This document shows, piece by piece, positions 9,255 through 17,329 of a DNA stretch of 64,000 nt. The notes beneath the pieces were generated by a model. That model saw only the letters and a list, made by a program, of their open reading frames with translations. It made no database searches and had not been told where the DNA came from. The DNA is from an uncultured Planctomycetia bacterium (GTDB lineage Bacteria; Omnitrophota; Gorgyraeia; Gorgyraeales; Gorgyraeaceae). Where the stretch lies: NCBI GenBank assembly GCA_964415355.1, contig CAYPYS010000007.1, positions 11,208 to 75,207 of the forward strand, given 5' to 3'. Each line of letters begins with the position of its first letter. Within the stretch, counting starts at the first letter, position 1. The position numbers were made by a program, and so were the translations under genes.

Positions 9255-9992
9255 ATGATTAATAACAACGGACATTTATTACGAATACAGGGCCTCGAGA
9301 AATCTTACGACGGTAAAAGAGTCGTGAACGGCGTTAGCATGGAAGTGAAAAGAGGCGAGATCGTCGGGCTTTTAGGTCCTAACGGTGCGGGAAAGACTAC
9401 GACTTTTTATATGGTTGTGGGGATGCTAAAGCCTGAAGGAGGCAAGATAACCTTTGACGGGCAAGATATCACAAAACTGCCCATGTACAGGCGTTCGCGA
9501 TGCGGCATTGGTTATCTTTCTCAAGAGCCTTCTATTTTTAGAAAACTTACGGTCGAAGAGAATATAATGGCGATATTAGAGACGCTGGATCTTCCGCGCT
9601 CAGTCCGCAAGAAAAGGCTAAAGGAACTCCTGGGGGAATTACATATTGCGCATCTCGCTAAAAAGAGCGCGTACATGCTTTCCGGCGGGGAGAGACGCAG
9701 ATTAGAAATAACAAGGGCGCTTGTGACAAACCCGCTGTTTATACTTCTTGATGAGCCTTTTAGCGGCATTGACCCCATTGCAGTGTCTGATGCGCAGGAC
9801 ATAATAGCTGACCTGAGGCAAAAAGGCCTCGGCATCCTTCTTACCGATCACAATGTTAGAGAAACACTTGAAATAACAGACCGTTCGTATATAATGGCAG
9901 AAGGAAGAATACTGATATCAGGGACAGCTGATAAACTTATAAAGGATTCAAGGGCCCGTGAAATATATTTGGGTGAGAATTTCCGCATGTAA
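9255..9992 (+). CDS. lptB: LPS export ABC transporter ATP-binding protein
   Basis: Walker A GPNGAGKTT, ABC signature LSGGERRRLEITRAL and Walker B ILLDEPF. Position matches the lptCAB context. Confidence 0.85.
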   Translation: MINNNGHLLRIQGLEKSYDGKRVVNGVSMEVKRGEIVGLLGPNGAGKTTTFYMVVGMLKPEGGKITFDGQDITKLPMYRRSRCGIGYLSQEPSIFRKLTVEENIMAILETLDLPRSVRKKRLKELLGELHIAHLAKKSAYMLSGGERRRLEITRALVTNPLFILLDEPFSGIDPIAVSDAQDIIADLRQKGLGILLTDHNVRETLEITDRSYIMAEGRILISGTADKLIKDSRAREIYLGENFRM

Positions 9993-10025
9993 CTTTACAT
10001 TTCAACAACGTTAAAGTGTAAAGTT
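9991..10025. repeat. Intergenic palindromic repeat, subfamily A (reverse-complement form)
   Basis: Starts on the AA of the lptB TAA stop. Confidence 0.85.
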
Positions 10026-10048
10026 AAAACGAGAAAGAATAGAACAAT

Positions 10049-11110
10049 ATGAAATCCAGCATAAAAAAACACAAAAACTGCAAAAGAGTAGCGGAGGTCA
10101 AGCTTGCGCCTGAGAGGGTCAAGGACGAGTTTGAGAGAGTCTACAGGGATATTCAGAGAGTTGCAAGCGTGCCTGGGTACAGGGTCGGGAAGGCGCCGCG
10201 TGATCTATTGGAACTTCACTATGGAAAGACTGCCAGAGAAGAAGTGATCAAAAATCTCATACCTGAGACTTACAGGAAGTTATTGGAAGAACACAAGTTG
10301 GACCCGATAGGCTATCCAGACATAAGCGATGTGAAGCTGGATCTAAAAGACGGATTTTATTATAAGGCCAGCATTGAGACAAAGCCGGAATTTACATTGA
10401 AAAGTTACAAGGGTTTGAAGATTAAAAAGAAAAGTGCTGAGGCAAAAGAAGAAGATGTCCAGAAAAATTTAGAGTCGCTGCGAGAGATGCATGCGCAAAG
10501 AATACCTAAGAAAGAAAGCAAAGAAGGCGAGGAAAAAGAAAAGGTTCTTCCTAAGCTGGATGATGAGTTTGCCAAGGATCTTGGCCTTGAGAATCTGGAA
10601 AAACTAAAAGAAGTAGTGAAAGATGGATTAAAGAAGCGCCTGGAACAGGAGAGTCAAGCTGATCTGGAGATGCAGATCATCAATCAGCTTGTCGATGGTG
10701 TTAATTTTGAGGTACCTGAGTCACTTGTGAATGCCGAAAAAGAAAGGTTGATAAAAGACGCCGAGAATCGCATCTCGTATATGCAGGCTATCCAGAAACA
10801 ACAAGATCCGAAAAAGGAATTTTCATTGAATGATAAGGACAAGAAAGAGCTGGAGGCCAATGCAGAAAAGCAGGCGTTGCGCCAGGTAAAGGCGTTTTTT
10901 ATGCTGGACAGGATCGCGCAGGCTGAAAAGATATATTTGAAACAGGAAGAGCTGGAACAGCACATTGACCAGATTGCAAAGCAGTATAAAAAGACAAAGG
11001 AAGAAGCAAGGGCGCAGCTGGAAAAGAACCGCATGCTTGACGAGATGGCCGTGAACATGAGGAATGCAAAGGTAATAGAGTTTCTTATAAAGGAAGCAAA
11101 GGTTTCTTAA
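10049..11110 (+). CDS. tig: Trigger factor (short form; PPIase domain apparently absent or reduced)
   Basis: N-terminal ribosome-binding domain with GYRVGKAPRDLLELHYG, matching the TF signature GFRxGKxP...YG. C-terminal helical chaperone arms. Only 353 aa, versus about 430 for canonical TF. It is followed by clpP, the conserved tig-clpP arrangement. Confidence 0.72.
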   Translation: MKSSIKKHKNCKRVAEVKLAPERVKDEFERVYRDIQRVASVPGYRVGKAPRDLLELHYGKTAREEVIKNLIPETYRKLLEEHKLDPIGYPDISDVKLDLKDGFYYKASIETKPEFTLKSYKGLKIKKKSAEAKEEDVQKNLESLREMHAQRIPKKESKEGEEKEKVLPKLDDEFAKDLGLENLEKLKEVVKDGLKKRLEQESQADLEMQIINQLVDGVNFEVPESLVNAEKERLIKDAENRISYMQAIQKQQDPKKEFSLNDKDKKELEANAEKQALRQVKAFFMLDRIAQAEKIYLKQEELEQHIDQIAKQYKKTKEEARAQLEKNRMLDEMAVNMRNAKVIEFLIKEAKVS

Positions 11111-11146
11111 AGTATACTTTTAACATTGTTGAAATGTATACTTAAG
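11106..11146. repeat. Intergenic palindromic repeat, subfamily B
   Basis: CTTAAAGTATACTTTTAACATTGTTGAAATGTATACTTAAG. Overlaps the tig TAA stop. Confidence 0.8.
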
Positions 11147-11155
11147 CGTTATGTC

Positions 11156-11175
11156 ATTCCCGTGTAAACGGGAAT
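11156..11175 (+). repeat. Hairpin ATTCCCG-tgtaaa-CGGGAAT (second small repeat family, copy 2)
   Basis: Directly follows palindrome copy 11106-11146. Perfect 7-bp stem. Confidence 0.5.
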
Positions 11176-11195
11176 CCAAAAACCAGGAGGCGTAT

Positions 11196-11798
11196 ATGTC
11201 AACATTGGTTCCTATAGTCGTAGAGCAATCGGATCGGGGCGAGCGCGCGTATGATATTTATTCAAGGCTTTTGAAAGACAGGATAATTTTTATCGGCGAC
11301 GCTATAAATGACCTTGTTGCGAATCTTGTAATTGCGCAGATGCTTTTTCTCCAGCAGGAAGACGCCGGCAGGGATATTAATATTTACATAAATAGCCCAG
11401 GCGGCGTAGTGACAGCCGGGCTCGCGATCTACGACACCATGCAGTTCGTGAAGCCGGACATCGCTACATTTTGTGTCGGGCAAGCGACCAGCATGGGAGC
11501 AGTGCTTCTGGCAGCAGGCGCGAAAGGCAAGCGCCACGCATTGCCTAACTCCAGGGTGATGATCCATCAGCCTTGGGGAGGCGTACAGGGCCAGGCCGCA
11601 GATATCGGCATACAGGCTAAAGAGATATTAAAGATGCGCGACAGGATTAATGAGATATTGGCAAAGCACACAGGTCAGAAATTAGATAAGATACAAAAAG
11701 ACACGGACAGAGACTATTTTATGGCAGCTAAAGAGGCAGAGGAATACGGACTCATAGACGAAGTAATTATCGGCGGAAAACCAGCAAAGAAGAAATAA
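11196..11798 (+). CDS. clpP: ATP-dependent Clp protease proteolytic subunit
   Basis: Catalytic Ser in GQATSMGA, His in MIHQP and Asp in the ERD region. RBS AGGAGG 6 nt upstream of ATG 11196. The ORF track's start at 11151 reads through an upstream hairpin repeat. Confidence 0.9.
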   Translation: MSTLVPIVVEQSDRGERAYDIYSRLLKDRIIFIGDAINDLVANLVIAQMLFLQQEDAGRDINIYINSPGGVVTAGLAIYDTMQFVKPDIATFCVGQATSMGAVLLAAGAKGKRHALPNSRVMIHQPWGGVQGQAADIGIQAKEILKMRDRINEILAKHTGQKLDKIQKDTDRDYFMAAKEAEEYGLIDEVIIGGKPAKKK

Positions 11799-11815
11799 CC
11801 TCACGCTTAACATTG

Positions 11816-11856
11816 CTTAAGTATACATTTCAACAATGTTAAAGTATGTACTTAAG
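11816..11856. repeat. Intergenic palindromic repeat, subfamily B (imperfect)
   Basis: CTTAAGTATACATTTCAACAATGTTAAAGTATGTACTTAAG. Lies 18 nt after the clpP stop. Confidence 0.75.
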
Positions 11857-11880
11857 ACGCAGGAAAGGCAAAAGAGAGAG

Positions 11881-13011
11881 ATGAAGAATTATTTATTAAC
11901 GCCTGGGCCGACACCGGTGCCGCCAGAGTCTTTAACTGCAATGGCAAGGCCAATGATCCACCACAGGACTCCGCAGTTCCAGGCTATATTAAAGGAAACA
12001 GAAGAAGACCTTAAGTATGTATTCGAAACCAAGGACCCTGTTTTGATATTTGCTGCTAGCGGCACAGGCGCAATGGAAGGGACAGTGTGCAACCTGCTTT
12101 CTCCCGGAGACAAGGCAATAGTCGTAAGAGCCGGGAAATTCGGAGAGAGATGGGGCGAACTGTGCACAGCGTATGGCATAGAATTTATCCCTGTGGATGT
12201 GGAATGGGGCAAGGCAGTCGAGCCGCAGGAGATAAAAAAGATTTTAGATAAAGAATCTAAGATAAAGGCAGTTTATGTAACACTCTGCGAGACATCCACG
12301 GGTACCGCTACAGACATACGGAAAATCGCAGCGATAACAAAGGACACTCAGGCGGTTTTGGTCGTGGATGCGATAAGCGCGCTCGGCGCAGTGCCTCTGA
12401 AGACTGACGAGTGGGGCATTGATGTTGTAGTATCTGGTTCGCAGAAAGGGCTGATGATCCCGCCAGGCCTTGCGTTTGTGAGTTTAAACGAAAAGGCATG
12501 GAAGCTTGCTGAGGTATCGAAGCTGCCAAAATACTATTTTAATTTCAAGGCGTACAAAAAATCTATCGAGAAAAACGACACGCCTTATACGTCTGCCGTG
12601 AATCTTATAATAGGCCTGAACGAGGCGCTGAGGATCATCAGGAGAGACGGGCTTGCGAATGTAATTGCCCGACATAAAAAGCATGCGCAGGCTGTGCGCT
12701 CGGCTTGCAACGCCCTGGGGCTCGAGCTTTTCGCGCCAGACGCGTATTCTGACGCTGTGACTTCGGTTAAGGTGCCAGAGGGGATTGACGGCGCGAAGCT
12801 TGTAAAGACAATGCGCGACAAATACGGCGTGGCGATCGCTGGCGGACAGGCGCAGCTAAAAGGAAAGATATTCAGGATAGCTACCATGGGCTACATTACG
12901 GCAGCGGATTTAAAAATAGGCATAGAGACTCTTGAGACAGCACTTGCAGAGTCAGGATATAAGTTTGAAAAAGGCGCAGGAGTCAAGGCGCTGGAGAAGG
13001 GGTTGAGCTAA
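11881..13011 (+). CDS. Class V (AGT/SerC-like) pyridoxal-phosphate aminotransferase, probable phosphoserine/serine-pyruvate aminotransferase
   Basis: N-terminus LLTPGPTPVP is typical of class V aminotransferases. GSQKGLMIPPGLAF carries the PLP lysine. It lies immediately upstream of serA. Confidence 0.78.
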   Translation: MKNYLLTPGPTPVPPESLTAMARPMIHHRTPQFQAILKETEEDLKYVFETKDPVLIFAASGTGAMEGTVCNLLSPGDKAIVVRAGKFGERWGELCTAYGIEFIPVDVEWGKAVEPQEIKKILDKESKIKAVYVTLCETSTGTATDIRKIAAITKDTQAVLVVDAISALGAVPLKTDEWGIDVVVSGSQKGLMIPPGLAFVSLNEKAWKLAEVSKLPKYYFNFKAYKKSIEKNDTPYTSAVNLIIGLNEALRIIRRDGLANVIARHKKHAQAVRSACNALGLELFAPDAYSDAVTSVKVPEGIDGAKLVKTMRDKYGVAIAGGQAQLKGKIFRIATMGYITAADLKIGIETLETALAESGYKFEKGAGVKALEKGLS

Positions 13012-13044
13012 CTTTACACTTTAACGTTGTTGAAATGTAAAGTT
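13010..13044. repeat. Intergenic palindromic repeat, subfamily A
   Basis: Starts on the AA of the TAA stop of the serC-like gene. It lies between serC-like and serA. Confidence 0.85.
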
Positions 13045-13086
13045 AGTGCTTCTGCTTTCACAGGAGCGACAATAAGAGGAGAAGTT

Positions 13087-14670
13087 ATGCTCAGGATACT
13101 TATAAGTGACCCTTTGGCAAAAGAAGGTGTTGAGTTACTGCAGGCGGAAAAGAGTTTTAAGGTAGACGTGAAATTAAAACTTCCTCCGGAAGAGCTGAAG
13201 AAGATAATCAAGGATTATGACGCGCTTTTGGTGCGGAGTGGCACAAAGGTCACGAAAGACATTATAGAGAAGGCGAATAAATTAAAGGTGATAGGCAGGG
13301 CCGGAGTAGGACTTGACAATGTTGATCTTAGCGCTGCTTCGAAGCGCGGCATCATAGTCATGAATACGCCAGGAGGCAACACGATCTCTACTGCTGAGCA
13401 CACGATGTCTCTTATGCTCGCGCTTTCCCGAAACATACCTCAGGCAGACGTTTCGACGAAACAGGGTAAGTGGGAGAGAAAAAAGTTCATGGGCGTCGAG
13501 CTGCATGGTAAGACACTGGGCATTATAGGGCTCGGGAGGATCGGCGGCGAGGTTGCGAAGCGCGCCAAGACATTTGGCATGAAGGTGCTGGTGTATGATC
13601 CGTTTTTGTCATTGGATAAAGTAGAGGAATTAGGCATTGTGTCAGCTGAATTGGACGCTATATTTAAAGCGTCGGACTACATTACGGTCCATACGCCGCT
13701 CACAGATGAAACAAAGCATATTATCGGCAAGAAGACAATAGACAAGATGAAAAAAGGAGTGCGCATTGTAAATTGCGCAAGAGGTGGCATTATAGATGAA
13801 ACGGCAGTGGTCTATGGAATAAAGAGCGGGAAAATAGCGGGCGCTGCATTTGACGTATATGAAAAAGAGCCTCCGAAAGACAGTCCTCTGATTGGATGCG
13901 AGAATATTATCCTTACTCCTCACTTGGGCGCGTCTACAGAGGAAGCGCAGGTCAATGTGGCGGTAGATATTGCCAATAGCGCGAAGGACGCGCTCTTGGG
14001 CTGCGGCATACGGAATGCCGTGAACGTGCCATGTGTCGACGCAGAGCTTTACAAGGTCCTGCATCCTTACGCAGAGCTCAGCGAGAAGATGGGTTCGCTA
14101 GCCGCGCAGATCGCTAGCGGCAGGATATCGCAGATAAATATAAAATACTCAGGTGACATCGCCAAGTATGGTTCGTCCCCTTTGACAGTGGCTGTTGTAA
14201 AAGGAGCGCTTACGCCTATTTTACAGGAGACAGTCAACTACGTTAATTCTCTTATAGTGGCAAAGGAGCGGGGGATAAAGGTCAAGGAATCCAAGTCAAT
14301 GGAACTGGAAGAGTACGCGAATCTTGTAACAGTGGAGGTCAAGACAGATAAGGGTTCGGTGTCGGTCGACGGGACCTTGTTTACGAAGACCGATGCGAGG
14401 ATCGTGAAGGTCAATGAGTTTCATGTGGATGCGATACCCGAAGGCTACATGCTGGTGGCTCACAATATTGACGTGCCCGGCATCATAGGTAAGATAGGGA
14501 CGATACTCGGGAATAACAAAATAAATATCGCGGCGATGACATTCGGGCGGGAAAAACCGGGCGGAAAAACACTTTCGGTCTTAAACGTGGATAGCGCAGT
14601 GCCTGAAAATGTGCTTTCAGAGATAAGAAAGGCAAAGAATATTTTAGACGCAACGCTGATAAAACTCTAA
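13087..14670 (+). CDS. serA: D-3-phosphoglycerate dehydrogenase (long form with ASB and ACT domains)
   Basis: NAD-binding GIIGLGRIGGEVAKRA, catalytic region with NCARGG, and a C-terminal ACT domain. ATG 13087 follows the RBS AAGAGGAGAAG. The ORF track's MLKCKV start at 13027 is a repeat artefact. Confidence 0.9.
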   Translation: MLRILISDPLAKEGVELLQAEKSFKVDVKLKLPPEELKKIIKDYDALLVRSGTKVTKDIIEKANKLKVIGRAGVGLDNVDLSAASKRGIIVMNTPGGNTISTAEHTMSLMLALSRNIPQADVSTKQGKWERKKFMGVELHGKTLGIIGLGRIGGEVAKRAKTFGMKVLVYDPFLSLDKVEELGIVSAELDAIFKASDYITVHTPLTDETKHIIGKKTIDKMKKGVRIVNCARGGIIDETAVVYGIKSGKIAGAAFDVYEKEPPKDSPLIGCENIILTPHLGASTEEAQVNVAVDIANSAKDALLGCGIRNAVNVPCVDAELYKVLHPYAELSEKMGSLAAQIASGRISQINIKYSGDIAKYGSSPLTVAVVKGALTPILQETVNYVNSLIVAKERGIKVKESKSMELEEYANLVTVEVKTDKGSVSVDGTLFTKTDARIVKVNEFHVDAIPEGYMLVAHNIDVPGIIGKIGTILGNNKINIAAMTFGREKPGGKTLSVLNVDSAVPENVLSEIRKAKNILDATLIKL

Positions 14671-14703
14671 CTTTACATTTCAACAATGTTAAAGTGTAAA
14701 GTT
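14669..14703. repeat. Intergenic palindromic repeat, subfamily A (reverse-complement form)
   Basis: Starts on the AA of the serA TAA stop. Confidence 0.85.
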
Positions 14704-14735
14704 AGCTTGGTATGCGTAAAAAAAGGGGAAAGTAT

Positions 14736-15974
14736 ATGAAAAAGAAAAACAAGATCTATATCATAGATGTAACCAACAGGGATGGCGTGCAGACATCCAG
14801 ACTCGGATTGGCAAAACTTCAGAAGACCATGATAAACATCATGCTGAACAATATGGGTGTATTTGGAAGCGAGTTTGGTTTTCCTGTTACGCACCACGAG
14901 ACCAATTATCTGAATGCGAATTTGAAGCTTGTGCGCAAAGGCTTGCTGAAACCAATAGCGTTAAATGGCTGGGTAAGGGCAATAAAGGCCGATGTGAAGG
15001 CAGCGCTGGAGTTGACAGATGTTGAAAATCTGAATCTTTCAATATCCACTTCAGATCAGATGACGCGCGGCAAGTTTCAAGGCAAGAAGACAAGAGATGA
15101 TGTCATAAAGATGATGACAGAGGCGTTGGATTATTCCAGAAAGAGGAAGCTCAAGATAATCGGTGTAAATGCAGAAGATGCATCGCGAACTGATATGCCG
15201 TTTCTTATAAAATTCGCAAAGGTTGCTAGAGATCATGGTGCAGATAGGATCAGGTATTGTGACACGCTTGGCTATGATGATCCGTTTACGATTTACAGGC
15301 GCGTAAAGACGCTTGCGAGCGAGGTGAAGTTGCCGATAGAACTCCATTGTCACAATGACCTAGGCATGGTGGTGGCGTGTTCGATCAGCGGTGCAAAGGC
15401 AGCGATCGACGCTGGTTGTGACGCGTACATAAATACTACTGTAAACGGTATGGGAGAGAGGGCTGGCAACGCAGACCTTGTCTCAGTCATACTCGCGCTT
15501 AAGTATTCGAGCGGATTTGCCAAAAAATACCATTTAGATGAGAATGTAAAGCTGGATCATGCCTGGAAGATTGCAAAGTATGCTTCGTATGCATTTGGAG
15601 TGCCGATACCTATAAATCAACCGGGCGTTGGCGCAAACGCATTTGCGCACGAAAGCGGCATTCACGCAGACGGCGCGTTAAAAGACAGGCGCAATTATGA
15701 GCTTTATGATTATGAGGAGCTCGGAAGAGGCGACGCAGAACTCATAGAGACAGGCAGGCAGATCACCGCTGGAGAGTATAGCGGCATCAAAGGTTTTAGA
15801 AATGTATACGAAAGGCTGGAAGTAAAGTTCAAGAACGACAAACAGGCTACCGAGATCCTTGAGCTGGTGCGTTACGCAAATGTTCACACGCAGCAACCCC
15901 TTACGAACGACGAGCTTAAGTTTATAGCCAAATATCCAGACATAGCAAAGCAGATTTTTACAATGACCCCCTAA
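14736..15974 (+). CDS. DRE-TIM metallolyase family protein (2-isopropylmalate / homocitrate / citramalate synthase-like)
   Basis: IIDVTNRDGVQT, the substrate-binding 'TLRDGEQ'-like motif, is diverged. HCHNDLGMVVACSISG carries the metal-binding His-x-His. About 412 aa, with no LeuA-type C-terminal regulatory domain. Confidence 0.6.
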   Translation: MKKKNKIYIIDVTNRDGVQTSRLGLAKLQKTMINIMLNNMGVFGSEFGFPVTHHETNYLNANLKLVRKGLLKPIALNGWVRAIKADVKAALELTDVENLNLSISTSDQMTRGKFQGKKTRDDVIKMMTEALDYSRKRKLKIIGVNAEDASRTDMPFLIKFAKVARDHGADRIRYCDTLGYDDPFTIYRRVKTLASEVKLPIELHCHNDLGMVVACSISGAKAAIDAGCDAYINTTVNGMGERAGNADLVSVILALKYSSGFAKKYHLDENVKLDHAWKIAKYASYAFGVPIPINQPGVGANAFAHESGIHADGALKDRRNYELYDYEELGRGDAELIETGRQITAGEYSGIKGFRNVYERLEVKFKNDKQATEILELVRYANVHTQQPLTNDELKFIAKYPDIAKQIFTMTP

Positions 15975-16007
15975 CTTTACATTTCAACAATGTTAAAGTG
16001 TAAAGTT
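15973..16007. repeat. Intergenic palindromic repeat, subfamily A (reverse-complement form)
   Basis: Starts on the AA of the TAA stop at 15972-15974. Confidence 0.85.
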
Positions 16008-16046
16008 GGACGGGGTGGTATGCGGTAACGCATAGAAGGAGAGATT

Positions 16047-17279
16047 ATGCCGTGCACAGTTGTTATCGGAGCGCAATGGGGAGATGAAGGCAAAGGGAAG
16101 ATAATAGATATCCTCGCGGCCGACGTAGATATTATCGTGAGATTTCAAGGCGGGAACAATGCTGGTCACACTGTTGTTGTGGGTGACAGGGAATTTATAT
16201 TGCACCTTATACCGTCTGGCGTGCTTCATGAAGGAAAGACCTGTGTTATAGGTAATGGTGTTGTCATTGATCCTGGCGTGCTTTTGTCTGAGCTGGAGAT
16301 GCTCAGGAGAAAATGTATAAAGGTAGATGGTAATTTGCTTATCAGCGAGTCAGCGCATATTATTTTGCCTTACCATAAAGTAATAGATAAGAGGCGCGGA
16401 GCAGAAATAGGCACGACCGGAAGAGGCATAGGGCCGTGTTATGTTGATAAGATGGCGCGTTGCGGCATACGCGCAGTGGATCTGGTGAATGCAGATGTCC
16501 TAAAAAGAAAATTGACAGCTAATTTAGAAGGCTCGAAGGAATTTGACGTCGACGCTATTTACAAAGAATACTTGAATTATGGCAAGAAAATAAAAAAATA
16601 TCTCGCCAATGTCTCTTTGCTTTTGAATACAGCCATATCTAAAAAGAAAAGGATTTTATTCGAAGGCGCCCAGGGTACGCTTTTAGACGTAGACCATGGT
16701 ACATATCCTTATGTGACTTCTTCCAGCGCGAGTGCTGGCGGGGCCTTGACCGGTACTGGCGTGGGTCCGACAAAGATACAGAAGGTAGTGGGCGTTGTAA
16801 AGGCGTATACGACGAGAGTGGGCGAAGGACCGTTTCCGACTGAGTTTAAAAAAGACCTCATGGAAAAAATAAGAAGCAAGGGCAGGGAGTTTGGCGCAAC
16901 CACCGGCAGGCCAAGGCGGTGCGGCTGGTTCGATGCAGTGGTTGTGAAACATTCCGTGCTTGTCAATGGCTTGAGCGAGATCGCGGTGACAAAGCTTGAC
17001 GTTTTGGACGAGATGAAGAGTATAAAAATCTGCACCGGTTATAAATATAAAGGAAATTTGTATAAAGTTTTTCCAGCAGACATAGATGCTTTGTGGCACG
17101 CAAAGCCTGTTTACGAAGAACATAAGGGCTGGATGCAGGATACGACTGGCGTAAGGCAGTACAAAAATTTACCTAAAAACGCAAAGTCGTATTTGAATCG
17201 TCTTTCAAGGCTTTTGGATGTTAAAATCGGGATGGTTTCAGTAGGTTCAAAGCGAAGGCAGGCCTTTAGGGTCAGCTAA
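16047..17279 (+). CDS. purA: Adenylosuccinate synthetase
   Basis: P-loop QWGDEGKGK, GNNAGHTV, TTGRGIGPCY and GTTGRPRRCGW. Confidence 0.92.
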   Translation: MPCTVVIGAQWGDEGKGKIIDILAADVDIIVRFQGGNNAGHTVVVGDREFILHLIPSGVLHEGKTCVIGNGVVIDPGVLLSELEMLRRKCIKVDGNLLISESAHIILPYHKVIDKRRGAEIGTTGRGIGPCYVDKMARCGIRAVDLVNADVLKRKLTANLEGSKEFDVDAIYKEYLNYGKKIKKYLANVSLLLNTAISKKKRILFEGAQGTLLDVDHGTYPYVTSSSASAGGALTGTGVGPTKIQKVVGVVKAYTTRVGEGPFPTEFKKDLMEKIRSKGREFGATTGRPRRCGWFDAVVVKHSVLVNGLSEIAVTKLDVLDEMKSIKICTGYKYKGNLYKVFPADIDALWHAKPVYEEHKGWMQDTTGVRQYKNLPKNAKSYLNRLSRLLDVKIGMVSVGSKRRQAFRVS

Positions 17280-17312
17280 CTTTACACTTTAACGTTGTTG
17301 AAATGTAAACTT
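17278..17312. repeat. Intergenic palindromic repeat, subfamily A (variant 3' arm ..GTAAACTT)
   Basis: Starts on the AA of the purA TAA stop. Confidence 0.85.
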
Positions 17313-17329
17313 AAGAGAGGAGAAGAGGG

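Noticed and set aside
13027-13086. ORF-track N-terminal extensions beginning MLKCKV... (13027, 39501, 40175, 42657 on +; 13014..13211, 14483..14686, 14673..14897, 20263..20448, 29007..29258, 36398..36607, 37520..37909 on -)
   Set aside because: All start inside the palindromic repeat, where TTG TTG AAA TGT AAA GTT reads as M-L-K-C-K-V with a non-ATG start. True starts are the downstream ATGs with an RBS. The minus-strand ones are short and have no coding signal.
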